DNA of 64,000 nucleotides from the human T2T-CHM13v2.0 reference genome, Homo sapiens, in the NCBI RefSeq assembly GCF_009914755.1, contig NC_060944.1. One strand, given 5' to 3'. The position numbers and the translations under genes were made by a program. Of the stretch, positions 10,307-26,137 are shown in pieces; within the stretch, counting starts at the first letter, position 1, and every line of letters begins with the position of its first letter. The notes beneath the pieces were generated by a model. That model did no database searches. It saw only the letters and a list, made by a program, of their open reading frames with translations, and was not told the DNA's origin.

Positions 10307-11039
10307 ATGGGTGCTACTTATTACTCCCCCTCCCCAGATGGGGAAAATGAGGCACAGAAAGGTGAAGTCACCGGTCCAAGAGCTGGTGAGTGGCTGATGT
10401 GAGGTTTGAATTCTCACCTTGCATTTGAACCTGAGAGGCCTTCTCTGCCTGTTTTCCCCCATGGCCCTGAGCCTCTCCTTTGCTGTTTTCCTGTCCTGCC
10501 CTTCCACCCCCTCCTGAGTTCTTTCTCAGCTTGGCCAATCTCCTGCGTGGCCTGTGATGGCGTCCCAGCAGTCCCCGCTCCCTGTGGGATTTTTGATGGT
10601 GCATTGGCCGGGGCAGGGTAGTGAGGGAGGCCTGGGCTGGGCAGACCCAGGAGAGGCCAGAGTGGGCTGGGGAAGCCAGGGGCTTTCTGGGCTGGTGGTG
10701 TTAGCCCCTCCCAGGTGTCTTCCGAGACAGAAAGGAAAGAGTTCCATTTTACAGAGAGGAGACCCGAGGCTCTGAGAGGGGACAGTTCCTGTCCCAAGAG
10801 CAGCAAGGTTGGGATTTGAATCCAGGCCTGCCTGAGCCCCAAGCTCAGCCACTTTTCTGTCTGGTTGACTGCTCTGGGGAAGAGACACGGGAAGAACACA
10901 ATTAGACACCTCTGAGGGGTAGGATGCTTGAGCAAAAGAGCTCTGGGCCTTGTCCCTTGGTTGCAGAGTGACCTTGGTTGAGGCACTTAGCCTTGCTGAA
11001 CCTGGGCTTCCTCACCTGTGAGCACGGAGTACAGATATC

Positions 11040-11900
11040 ACCCAGTGTCGAGCAAGCACCCATTGTGAGCCCAAGATGGTCCCTGACCCCCGGAGCTGTC
11101 ATTGTGGTAGAGGAGACAATGTGTGGCTAGCAGATTGGCAAGCCCATTGCAGATTGTGATAAAGGCCCTGAAGAAAATAAGGTGGGGGAAGTGGAGGAGG
11201 GTGATTGGGGGGGAACGCGTAGGGAGCCTTCCAGGCTGGGGGAACAGCACACGCAAGGGCCCCGAGGCAGGGCCCAGCTCCGTGTGAGGAGAAGAGCCTG
11301 GAGCCAGCATGGCTGGAGCAGAGGCAGCAAGGGGAGGAGTGGGGAAGAAGAGGACAGGGGTGGGGCAGGGTGGGGGCACAGGGCTCCTCATGCAGGGGTG
11401 GAGTAGGGGAGGGGAGGATGGGGGCACAGGGTTCCTCATGCAGGGGTGGAGCGGGGGAGGGGAGGATAGGGGCACAGGGTTCCTCATGCAGGGGTGGAAT
11501 GGGGGAGGGGAGGATGGGGGCACAGGGTTCCTCATGCATGGGTGGAGTGGGGGAGGGAAGGATGGGGGGGCACAGGGTTCCTCATGCAGGGGTGGAGTGG
11601 GGGAGGGAAGGATGGGGGGGCACAGGGCTCCGCATGCAGGGGTGGAGTGGGGGAGGGGAGGATGGGGGCACAGGGTTCCTCATGCATGGGTGGAATGGGG
11701 GAGGGAAGGATGGGGAGGGCACAGTGTTCCTCATGCAGGGCTGGAGTGGGGGAGGGGAGGATGGAGAAAGCGGGGAGGGGTAGGCCACATCTTTCATGCA
11801 GGGTGTTGGAGGCTGGGCGGGCTGTGAGGTGGCTTTGAGGATGAGAGAGTGGGTGTCCCTGCCAGGTGTGGCACCCAGAAAGGCCTTGACAAGCCTGTGG
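11040..11900 (-). mobile_element. L2 relic interrupted by a VNTR
   Basis: Reverse strand reads ctctgctccagccatgctggc...cctgcctcggggcccttgcgtgtgctgttcccccagcctggaa, typical of L2. Confidence 0.6.
11372..11763. repeat. G-rich minisatellite, 8 units of 48-51 bp
   Basis: Unit GGGGGCACAGGGTTCCTCATGCAGGGGTGGAGTGGGGGAGGGGAGGAT; CACAG anchors at 11377, 11425, 11473, 11521, 11571, 11621, 11669 and 11720. Confidence 0.95.
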
Positions 11901-12369
11901 AGGGAATGAAATAGGCTCCTGGGCCTTCGGGATGAGGTAAAGTGCAGTCGGTGAAGGGCACAGGGAGGCCTGCCCGGGCCCAGGAGACCTCGTAGGCGAG
12001 GAGCCTGTGACCCAGGGCCTGGAGCCACGGGGAGCAGTTCATCGGGCAGGAATGAGGGGAGGGCTCACCAGGAGGGGCGCTGGAGGAGCCAGGGCCGGGA
12101 GCCAAGAGAGGGAGAGTTCTTTGGGTAGCCCTGACTGCAGGGGAGAGGGCACCAACCCTTGTGGGGAGAGAGGCAAGGCTGGAGAGGGAGGGGTCTTCAG
12201 GGTGGGATTGGTGAGGGACTGGGGACAGGCAGGAGACAGGACCTCTGCGGGGGTGTTTGCTTTTTATTTGATTTCCCAAGTAATGCATGATTGTGATGGG
12301 AGGATCAGAGACTGCAGAGTATAAATAAAAGAAGGAAATAAAGAGCACTACTCAGAAATAAACCCATTA

Positions 12370-12545
12370 ACACTTGCTGTGTGGCCTTGGGCAAGTTACT
12401 TCACCTCTCTGTGCCTCCATTTTCTTGTTTATTAAGTGGAATAATTAATAGTACCTGCCTCATAAGGTTGTTGTGAAGCTTAAGTGAGATAACACAACAA
12501 ATTTAAAGCAGTGCCACACACAGTAGGTATTAGCTGTCATCATTA
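12370..12545. mobile_element. MIR
   Basis: gctgtgtggccttgggcaagttacttcacctctctgtgcctcc...gtacctgcctcataaggttgttgtgaag. Confidence 0.8.
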
Positions 12546-12622
12546 TTCATATCATCATTACCATTTTGGTGGGTTAGGAGCTTAGATGCTAGAATTGGAA
12601 TGCTGGTGTTCTGAATTCAACA

Positions 12623-12923
12623 TTTTCTTTTTTTTTTTTCCCCCTTGAGACGAAGTCTTGCTCTGTCATCCAGGCTGGAGTGCAGTTGCGTGATCTCAGC
12701 TCACCGCAATATCCGCCTCCTGGGTTCAAGCAATTCTCCTGCCTCAACCTCCTAAGTAGCTGGGATTACAGGTGCCCGCCACCACACCCGGCTAATTTTT
12801 GTATTTTTGGTAGAGATTGGGTTTCACCATGTTGTCCAGGCTGGTCTCGAACTGACCTCGTGATCTGCCCGCCTCAGCCTCCCAAAGCGCTGGGATTATA
12901 GGCGTGAGCCACCGCGCCTGGCC
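12623..12923 (-). mobile_element. Alu (AluS-like)
   Basis: Full reverse Alu. Confidence 0.95.
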
Positions 12924-13111
12924 CAAATCCACCATTTTCTAGCTCTGTAGTTTGAGGCAAGTGAATGCATCTTGCTGGACCTCAGTTCCCCCATCTGTAA
13001 TAAGAAGATCATAAAATTCCTCACAGTGTTTTGCAAAGATTTGACAGGTTAACTCACACAGGGTAAGTTGTTAACTTCCAGAATTTTCATTCCATGTGTA
13101 TTTTTCCTCAT

Positions 13112-13641
13112 TGTGGCTAAAGTGGCCGATCCAATACTCATTCCTCTCCCTCTTTCTTACCAATGAGATCCTTCTATTTTGGGGGGGCAAGTACCCTACT
13201 AAGAGACTACAGTTTCCAGCTTCTCTTGCAGCTAGGGATGACCAGTGAGATTAAATAGAAGCTGTAGGTGGGACTTCTGGGAAAGCTCTTTAAAGGGGGT
13301 TGACTCGGCTGTGAGGCACATTCCCTTTTGTGTTCCTTCTCTGCCACCTCCCAGCCCCTGCTTCTTTCTACTTCCTGCCTGGAACTCAGATGTGATGGCC
13401 AGAGCTCCAGGGGCCATCCTGAATCATGAGGCAAACTCTGAAGCATGGAAGCCACATGCTGAGGATGGTGAATCCGAAAGACAAAAGGCACTGGGGTTCT
13501 TGATGGTGGTAGAACAGCCGCACCAGTCTTTACCTGCTTTGCTCTGGGCTTGTTTACATGAGAGAAAGAAATCTCTGCTTACTGAGGTCTCTGTCGTTTG
13601 GGCTTCCTGTTACTGGCAGCTGAGTCTATTTCTAACTGATA
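13112..13641 (+). mobile_element. MaLR LTR (MLT1J/I-like)
   Basis: ttccagcttctcttgcagctagggatgacc...cttcctgcctggaactcagatgtgatggccagagctccag...ttcctgttactggcagctga...ctaactgata. Confidence 0.7.
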
Positions 13642-15148
13642 TATTTGCCAGAACGGAATCAACCTGTGTGAGCTCTTTCACGACCTGCATTTTTTCATCA
13701 TGCACCAGTGCTTCCTTGTTACGGACACTATTGCACATGAGCACAGAAATGCACGCTTTGCTTAGGAAAAAGAATTTCCATCAGATGTGGTGGAAGGATT
13801 TCTTTTTATTCATTTTAATTACAGAAGTAATGCACAAAGACCTCCTGTCATGAAAATATCCTGCCTGTCCTCAAGTGTCTCTCTCTCATGACTCTGAAAT
13901 TTCAGTGTGCCTCAGCCCAGGCTTGAACCAAGCCCTTGAAATGGACAGAAATTTCTCTGCTGACCTCAGTGAGCTCCGCATTTTGTAGCCCTAGCCTGCA
14001 TATGTGATCCACTAAGGGACTCCTCCGTTTGGAAACAGAGATGGTCAGGTCCTGCTGCAGCTCACAGAGCCTGTTGGCAGCTGCGCTGGGACCAGATGCC
14101 CCATGCCACCCTGAATAACCCTTCTGACCCATGCTGCCCGCCACCACCTGCTCCACTGAGGCCTTGGCCTGCCAGGGCTGGGAGGCACCTTTGCCAGCCT
14201 TCCTGGGGCCAGCCCAGCTGAGATCTCTGGGAGGTGAGTCTGGAGGCCAGGGAGCCGGGCCGGGTGAACTTTTATTTTTATAGCTGTCATCAGATCCCTG
14301 CCCTAGCCCTGGAGCCCTGGCAGGGACAGGGGTGGCCAAGGAGGAGGAAGACTCCTCAGAGAGGCTGGTGGGTGGGAGTCAGCAGGCTGTGGAGGAGAGA
14401 GAACTGGGGTGGGGGTCAGGGCAGCCTGGGGCACCTGACTCCAGCCAGGCCTCAGTCCTCTCATGCCACATGGCACCAGTCATCAAGCTCGCCTGGCTGA
14501 CCCTCTTGTGGGGTGGTGAGGGACAAAGGGACAACAGGGACCCTTTCCTGCTTTTATTCTTGCAGGTCAGATGCAGAGCTAATTATGCTTTCCAGTTCTT
14601 AGGACACGATTGTCATCAGTCCTTGCAAAGCCTGCATTGCGCTTTAGTCTATTTTCCCGTGCATCACATTTTTTTCTCTTTCTTTCTTAGTGAAATATAC
14701 ACACACAGCAATGTGCACATAACACAGATATACAGCTCTGTGAATTTTCCTGGTGTTGACCCACCAGTGTCCAGATCAAGAAGAGATCATTCCAGCACCC
14801 CTGAAGCCTTTTGTGTCCCTTCTAGCCACCCCTCTTCCACACCTAAGGGTAATCATTATTCTGATTTCTAACAGCAAACATTAATTTTGCCTGTTTCTAT
14901 GCTTTTATAGAAATGAAATCACACAATAGATGCTGTTTATGTCTGGCTTCTTTTATTAAGTATTGTAACTAACATTCATTCAAGTTGTTGTGTGTATCAG
15001 TATTTATGCCTTTTTATTACTGAGCAAAATGACATTACATGGACACACCACAATGGATTTACCCATTCGATCCCTCATGGACATTCAGGTTGTTACCAGT
15101 TTTGAGCTCTTTAGAATTGGGCTGAGATGAATATTTGAGGGATCATGT

Positions 15149-15455
15149 CTTTTTTTTTTTTTTTTTTTTTTTCTTGAGACAGACTTGTGCTGTCTCCCAG
15201 GCTGGAGTGCAGTGGTGCAATATTGGCTCACTGCAGCCTCTGTCTCCCAGGTTCAAGTGATTCTCGTGCTCAGCCTCCCGAGTAGCTGGGATTACAGGTG
15301 CCCACCACCACACCTGGCTAATTTTTTGTAATTTTAGTAGAGATGGGCTTCCACCATGTTTGCCAGGCTGGTCTCGAACTCCTGACTTCAGGTGATCCAC
15401 TCGCCTTGGCCTTTCAAACTGCTGGGATTACAGGCGTGAGCCACCGCACCCAGCG
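15149..15455 (-). mobile_element. Alu (AluSx-like)
   Basis: Full reverse Alu; near-identical flanks gagggatcatgtc / gaggggacatgtc (TSD). Confidence 0.95.
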
Positions 15456-15846
15456 AGGGGACATGTCTTTTGATGAACATATTCACATATTTCACTTAGA
15501 AGTGGCTTGCTAAGCCATCAGAAATCTAAAAATATATGTTTTAATTCCTGTTAATGGTATTGAAACTTAGCTCTCATTCTGTTTTTTACTTTTTTACTGT
15601 GTATTTTTAAAAAACTTTTTAGTTTGAGAAACGTCTCAAATTGGTTCTCTTGAATTATTTGAGAATAAATTGCTGACCTGTTGCCCTATCACCCCTTAAT
15701 GTTTTGATACATAGTTTCTACAAACCAGGGCATTTTCCTAGATAGCTACAATATAACCATCATAATCAGGAAATTAACAGGATACACCATGACTGTCTAC
15801 CAAGACCCATTCAGGTTTCACCAGTTGCCCTGATAACATCCAGTAA

Positions 15847-16210
<364 letters not shown>

Positions 16211-18014
16211 TAGTTGCCTTGAAGGTAGAACAGTTCCTTAGTCTTTCCTTGACCTTCATGACCTTGACACTTTTGAGGATACAGGGCAGCTGTTGTACAG
16301 CATTACAGCATGTCTTTCCCTGTGGGTTTGTCTGATGCTTCATTGTGGTGAGATTCAGGTTCTGCAGCTCTGGCAGAAAAATCAAAGAAGCGATGTTATG
16401 TTCTTCTCCTCGTCCCATTGCTGATGGTGCACTCTTTGATGACTTGATTGAGGAGATAGCTGCCAGACTTCGCATCTGTAGGGTTACTTTCCCCGCTCTT
16501 TGTAGTTAATCAGCATTTGAGAGGAGGCACGCTGAAACTGTGTGAATTTCTTGAATGTCATCAGACTTTCAATTATTCATTTATTTCTGTCAGTATAGAT
16601 TCATAGTTTTCTATTTTATTCAGTGGGTTGTGGTATATCATCATCATTGTTAACTTATTTATATGCTTAAATTGTCCCAGATTTGGCTCCTGGGAGCCAC
16701 TTTTAACTAGCTTCTGTGTCACCATCATTCTTTGAGCATTTTCTTACTTTCTGGCACAGTGAGGTACTATAAGCTCATCTGGTATTTTTTCTGCCCCCAG
16801 CTCTGGAATCAGCCACTTCTCCCAGGAGCCCTGGTTCCTTTTAGTAGAGAATGGAATTTAGAAGCCAAAATCTCAGGACAAAGTGCTCATTGCTGTTGGG
16901 GTGTCTCCACTGCCTGACTCTCTCAGTGGACAGAGTTAAGGACTGTATATATGTATATATAGAGACACATATTTACAGCTGTGTTATTTCTGTATCTAAC
17001 TATTATCTGTCTATCATCTATCATCTATTTAGAAAAATGAGTGTACACTGATAACTGCAGTTCCCATTCAGCATCACAGAGTTTATTCTAATTTTCTCTT
17101 TCCATATTTGAAACTCTCTTTTCCATCAGTGAGAAAATAGGCTTCCATTATTCTTAATATATTTGTTTATTTGACCCATCCCCTATATGTAACCAGTTTG
17201 CTGTCACTGTCCCCCCACCTCTGTTCCATGATTGGTCACCCTCCTTACCCTGTTCAGTCTCTGGCCCCACACTATGCCACCCTTCTTATGGATGGCCTCA
17301 GATCAACTTCACCATGGCCTCTATACATTTTTCCTTTCAATTTGAATACATAATATGTGCTCATTGTTCAAAATTCAAAAGGTGTGAATGGATTTGCAAT
17401 GAAAAGTCTGTCTCCCTCCCACTCCTGCCCCCACATTCCCAGATCCCTCTCCCAGAGGTTACTGAAGTTTCCAGCAGCTTTTTCTTATTTCAAATGGTCT
17501 ATGTGAGTGCACCCAAACACACACACACACACACACGATATTTATGCACACTGTAGCACATTTTTTACACTGACCTGTGCTTTGCTTTTCTCACTCAACA
17601 ATGTATCTTGGAGCTTGTTCATATCAGTACTATAGAGCTGCCACATTCCTTTTAATGGTTGTATAATATTCCATTGGATGGATGTACCATAATTATTTAA
17701 CCAGTCTCTTTCTGATGGACATTTAGATTGTTTCCAGTCTTTTTCTATTTCACACAATGCTGCAACAGACAATTCTATCCAATAGGTCACATTTTACATG
17801 AGTGCAGCATATATTCCTGGAAGAATAGGCTTGAGAGATGCCTCCAGGTTGCTCTGTGTCCCTCTGATTCATTACTTTTTATGCTGATGCATAACATTCC
17901 TCTGTATGTATCTGCCACATTTTAAGGAACCACTGCCCTTGTGGTGGACAATGATTTTGCCTCTAAGTCCCCACAGCCATAAACACTGTTCTGACAAGCA
18001 TTGTTGAATGTACC

Positions 18015-18400
18015 TCTGTCACAGGGCAGGTTGTGTGGATACTGAAATGGAGTTTGGAGTGCAAGATGTTTGTGGGGGTCAACACCTGAGAAATGGAGGG
18101 GGTGCAAGAAGGACTGGGCAGATGAAGTCATCCAGCAGCGATGCAGGCCTGCAGAGCCCTGAGCAGTCTTGGGAGCACCGGAGAGGAACTTGCTTGTTGG
18201 GTGCCCTGTGTTGGGCAAAATGGCCAGACCTTTACACCCTGCCTTGGTCTGTCTGGCTTTCGGGCTGCCCTGGGAAGGATGGCTGGGGCGAGATGGCTCT
18301 CTGCAGCTGGGACAGCTGTTGGTGGCTGGAGTTCATCACCTCATCATACTCCCTGCAGCTGGTTCTCCCCTGAAGGAGACCTAGGTGGTACATCTTTGTG
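18015..18400. mobile_element. ERVL-type LTR relic (LTR33-like)
   Basis: actgaaatggagtttggagtgcaagatgtttgtgggggtcaacacctg...ggactgggcaga. Confidence 0.5.
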
Positions 18401-18944
18401 TTTATCAGCCCCCTAATGGTCTTCTCAGAGTGCCTCTGGTGTATTTACCCAGGAGCGGGATTGCAGAGTCTTAATGTCACTAATAGGGCCAGATATCCCT
18501 GGTCTCAGCCACCCCACAAGGATCAGAGATCTGCATTTTTGAGGTAGTGAGATTGTGATCATGGAATGAACTGAGGCTGACTCTCTAAGGCCCCCTGCCC
18601 TATGCCGGGCCGTTCCTCCTCATCGTCCCTCGTTCCTTCGTGATCTCCCTATAGGGCTCATGAGTTGGATGGATGTGAGTCTAAATCTCAGCTTTGTCAC
18701 TTAGATGTTTGACCTGGAGTTAGTGACCTCTTCTTCCTGAGCCTCAGTTTCCTCATCTATGCAATAGGTCTTGTCACATCCTTGACTTTTGTGCATTGTG
18801 GGTCTTGGTGAAAAGTAAGCCCTCAGTACATGACAGACCATATATCAGGAACACAGCATCACTTCTGCTGTATCCCTGCAAATATATATCAGACACGGAG
18901 ACCGAATCTAATCACGGGAAACATCCGAGAGATCTGAAGTGAGG

Positions 18945-19213
18945 AGCACTTTGGGAGGCCAAGGTGGGTGGATCACAAGGATAAGAGATAGAGACCTGGC
19001 CAACATGGTGAAACCATCTCTACTAAAAATACAAAAATTAGCCAGGCATGGTGGCCTGCACCTATAGTCCCAGCTACTTGGGAGGCTGAGGCAGGAGAAT
19101 TGCTTGAACCCGGGAGGCGGAGGTTGCAGTGAGCTGAGCCTAGATTGCACCACAGCACTCCAGCCTGGCAACAGAGCGAGATTCCGTCTCAAAAAAAAAA
19201 AAAAAAAAAAAAA
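18945..19213 (+). mobile_element. Alu, 5'-truncated, within an L1MC-like fragment
   Basis: Starts at agcactttgggaggcc and ends in a long A tail. Confidence 0.9.
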
Positions 19214-20262
19214 TAGCTGGCCTGCATCCTCGAACATGTCAAGGTCATGTGGGTCAAGGAGAGACTGAGAAAGGAACTGTTTCAGGCCAAAAGAGCCTAT
19301 ATACAACTAAAGGAAGCTACATGCGTGCGATCTTGGGACATGATAGGGTCCCCATCACATTAGGGCCCCAGGTCTTTGTGTTTCTAAGGCTGGAGCTCGA
19401 GCTACCTCAGGCTCAGGATGGGGGACACTTCCCCTTAAGCAATGAGAAGGAGAGAGGCTGACTTGGAGAGAACAGGGAGTCAGGGAGCTTGGGCTGGATT
19501 GTTATTCCCCAAGAAGAGTTGCAACTGGACTTTCGCTTCAGTAATGTTTAAAAGAAAAATGCTAATCTAGATAGGGACTGCCATTCATTCATTCATTCAT
19601 TCATTTATATTCCTCTTAACAACTTGTGACTTTGGGCATGTGGCTTAACTTCTCGGTTCCTCAGTTTCCTGTTTACAAAATAATGATGGTAATAATAGTA
19701 CCTATCTCACAAGATGTGGAGAGGATTAATGGAGATGATAGGTGCAAAGTGCTTAGAATACTGCCTGGCATATAGTAAATGCTCAATAAATATCAATTAT
19801 CATCACAAGGAATTTACTCCACAATTCATTTACTGAGAATGTGCAACATGCCAGAGTTAGTTGTCACTCTCCACCTGGAACTAGAACCACGGAAAACCTT
19901 AGATCCCATAAAACCAGAGCCTAGCAAAGATGACAGGATCTTAGTGTGTCACTACCCTGCCCATCAGTCTGGCTGCCAATGATGGTTTAAGATCCCACGC
20001 CCCCTACAATTTGAGCCCAAGGCCTCCTCCTGACAGCCATGTGAATGCCCCACGCCTCAGTTCCCCAGATGTTGTGACAGCCTCAAACACTCTCCAACGG
20101 CACTGATTTGAACCCTTGTAAACGCAGAAAAAAACAAGTCTTAGGCGGCAAAACCCCATTTGTGCAATGTGGACTCCCTTCCTCAAGTCCTGGGTGATGC
20201 TGAAGGGTCTGAATCTGCCTTTTCTTTCCCGCCTGTTGGGCCCTGGTAGAAAGTAGCAGCTG

Positions 20263-20558
20263 GGCCAGGGTTGGTGGCTCACGCCTGTAATCCCAGCACT
20301 TTGAGAGGCCAAGGCAGGTGGATCACTGGAGGTCAGGAGTTTGAGACCAGACTGGCCAACATGGCAAAACCCCGTCTCTACTAAAAATACAAAAATTAGC
20401 TGGGTGTGGAGGCACGCACCTGTAATCCCAGCTACTTGGGAGGCTGAGGCAGGAGAATGGGTTGAACCCAGGAGGCGGAGGTCGCATGAGCCGAGATCAC
20501 GCCACTGCACTCCAGCCTGGGTGACAGAGCAAGACTCTGTCCCAAAAAAAGAAAAGAA
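20263..20558 (+). mobile_element. Alu (AluS-like)
   Basis: Full dimeric Alu. Confidence 0.95.
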
Positions 20559-20837
20559 ACTTCAGGATATCCTTCAGCTATATTGTTTATATTTTTCCCC
20601 ACTTTGTCTTTTCCCCCATTTGTATTTTTTTCTTTTGCCTGAATTATTTGAGAGGCAGCTGTAGACATGACATCACTTTATCCCCAAACCCTCCAGGCAT
20701 GAGCCACCATGCCCAGCCCATGCACACTATAGATTAATGTTAAAAGCATTATGCTGAGGGAAAGAAGCCAGACACAAAAGACGACTTTCTGTGTGATTCC
20801 TCTGATATGAAGTTCAAGAACAGGTAAGATGAATCTA

Positions 20838-21292
<455 letters not shown>

Positions 21293-22349
21293 GAAGAGTT
21301 CATTGAGCTGTCTGTTTATGCGCTTTACTGTACATATGTTAAACGCCAGCATCAAAGTAGAAACCTAAAATCAATGAACTCATGCTGCACATTGAACATA
21401 GGAGAGTCAGGTGGGCAGGGAGTAGGGATTGGGGTGAAAGGGAATAAATGAATACAACTAGAGGGCAGCCTGTGTGGGCAATCATGATAACATGTTGCGA
21501 ATTGAGGCATCAGATAACGTCACCCTGCACACCTGAGGTTCAAAAAGAAAAGCCAAAAAAGACCCAGGAGCTCAGAGGGGGAGTGTACCTTGTCTGAGGT
21601 CACACAGCTGGTGGGTGGCAGAGGCAGGATTTGAACCTGGGTCTGAGGAACCCCAGAGTGTGCTCCTTACCCAGTGCTCTGGCCTGGACTCTCCGGGCTG
21701 GACAGCTCTGCTGTGCTCCCAGAGGTCCCTAGGGTCTGGCAGGGGATGGCGAAATGACTGCTTGGCAAAGACCATTGCAGCTCAGAGCTCACAGCTCCAA
21801 GTCGGGAGGGGAGTCAGTGGAGCAAAGGGTGGCTCCCATCCCTGGAGCCTTCCCTCCCTGGCCTAGGGTGGCTCTGCCACCCTCCGTCCACCTCCCGCCG
21901 GCCTTTGCCTTCCTTCCTGGGCCAGCGTGTGGACTCTGGAGCCCTGCAGGGTTGGGTGTGAATCCCAGTTCTTCTTCTTTCTGGCTCTGCAACCTGGGGT
22001 GAGTGGCCTACTTTGTACCTCCGTTTCCACTTTCAGAGCCTGCCTATGACAGCATTTACTTAATAGCATTGGTGAGCAGAGTCGAGGAGTCAAAAGTGTG
22101 CAGAACTCAACACCATGCCGGCATGTGCTAATTGTCCAATAATGGCAGCTGCTATTGCTGTTGTTGATGTTATTGCTCCTTGGGAGAGGGGAGCCCCTGT
22201 TGCTCTAAGGCCTTACAAACACCAACATGTGAAAACAGCTGGCATGGAATGGAAAGTTCTAGAGAAAGGAGCTTTCTGACTGCCTGAAGGTTATCAGAAA
22301 ACTTTCTATGCTGGTTTTTGTGAAAGCTCTTGGTAAGCTAGGGTAGAAC

Positions 22350-23812
<1,463 letters not shown>

Positions 23813-24185
23813 GGCTGTACTGTGGCATCCGGCATGGTCACCTAGTACTTTCACCTGAGTTGTCTCCTGAGTGCTCAGGAACACTCTTTGAGGGCAGTTG
23901 TCCTCATCGTTAACCTCACTGACCTCAGTTTCCTTACCTGGGAAACGGGAGGAAGTGCATTGTGCCAGGCCACAGAGAAACAATGGGTGAACCTTGGTCT
24001 TCTGGCCCTCAGATTCTATCAGTGGGAAACTTGGGCAAGTAAGGGCTAGGCATGCCTACGTGTGTGCCCCTGGAGCACAGAGGAGGTTCTCAGTAGCTAC
24101 AACTTGCTCTTTGATTCCCTGGCTGGCCTCTCTTTTTGCCCTAAATTTTTTTTATTAAAAAAATTTTTTAAGACACAAGGAGACA

Positions 24186-24335
24186 GGGCATTAGAGGAAA
24201 GAGCTAATACATCCAACCCAGGTGATGGGTTGATGGGTGCAGCAAACCACCATGGCACATGTTTACCTATGTAACAAACCTGCACATCCTGCTCATGTAC
24301 CCCGGAACTTAATAAATAAATAAATAAATAAATAA
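24186..24335 (+). mobile_element. L1PA-type 3' terminal fragment with (TAAA)n tail
   Basis: ggtgatgggttgatgggtgcagcaaaccaccatggcacatgtttacctatgtaacaaacctgcacatcctg. Confidence 0.85.
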
Positions 24336-24478
24336 AGAGACTGAGTCTTGCTATGTTGCCCAGGCTGGAGTACAGTGGCACAATCATAGCTCTTTGCAGC
24401 CTCAAACCCCTGGGCTCAAGTGATCCTCCTGCTTGATCCCAAAGTGCTGGGATTATAGGCGTGAACCACCGTGGCTGG
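24336..24478 (-). mobile_element. Partial Alu (J/monomer-like)
   Basis: gagtcttgctatgttgcccaggctgg...caaagtgctgggattataggcgtg. Confidence 0.8.
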
Positions 24479-24840
24479 CTGTCTTTTTGCCTTTTTACTA
24501 AGAAATTTTGATTTAAATTGATAATAGTAATACAGGTATCCATTCTCTTAACACATGATAACATTTCCAATCAAGCTGAAGTCAGTTCTGGACCATCTGG
24601 CCAGGGCTGGCTCCTTTTCACTCTGTCAGCGTGGTTTTATAATTTTGGGGTTTGAACTTCCAGATCTTTGTGTATGCATTTCTTTCATCTCTGTGTGAAT
24701 GTGGCTTTTCCTTCCTTCCTTTCTTTCTGTTATATCTTTTAAAATGTGAACTTTTACAGAAGTCTAAGCAGGGTACAGAAGATACATTTTTACCACCTGA
24801 ACACACCAGTGTGAGCAGCACTTGGATAAAAAAGCAGAAC

Positions 24841-25139
24841 TTTTTTTTTTTTTTTGAGACAGGGTCTCACTCTGTCACTGTAGACTGGAGTGCAGTGGCG
24901 AGATCTCGGCTCACCACAACCTCTGTCTCGCAGGCTCAAGCGATTCTCCTGCCTCAGCCCCCTGAGTAGCTGGGATTACAGGTGTGCACCACTACTGCCC
25001 GGCTAATTTTTGTATTTTTAGTAGAGACAGGGTTTCACCATGTTGGCCAGGCTGGTCTTGAACTCCTAACTTCAGATGATCCACCTGCCTTGGCCTCCCA
25101 AAGTGCTGGTATTACAGGTGTGAACTACCACACCTGGCC
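24841..25139 (-). mobile_element. Alu (AluS-like) within an old L1
   Basis: Full reverse Alu; TSD-like aaaagcagaac/gaaacagaac. Confidence 0.93.
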
Positions 25140-25444
25140 TGAAACAGAACAAACATTTTTAATCACTGAAAAATGTTTCTGTCTAGGACAACTGCTCTCC
25201 TGACTTCTAACAGATTACATTGTTTTGCCTGTTCTACAACTTCATATCAATGGAATCATTCAGAGTATTTGCTTTTGTGTCTGGCTTCTTTTGCTCAGTT
25301 AAACTTTTAAAGTTCCTCTATGCAGTACTGTACAGCTTCATTCTCACTACTGTGTTGTGTTCCACTGTCCACTGTGTGACTATACCATAGTCCAGTCTAC
25401 TGTTGGTAGACAGTTGGGTTATTTCAAGGTTTTGGTTGTTGTGA

Positions 25445-26137
<693 letters not shown>

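Noticed and set aside
11372-11763. Regularly spaced repeats as a possible CRISPR-like array
   Set aside because: Head-to-tail tandem units with no unique spacers, in a eukaryotic context with no cas genes
11038-12028. Several ORFs with 16-aa peptide repeats
   Set aside because: They are translations of the 48-bp VNTR in multiple frames on both strands
13245-13853. 202-aa ORF
   Set aside because: Mostly within an MLT1-like LTR; non-ATG start; no protein-like features
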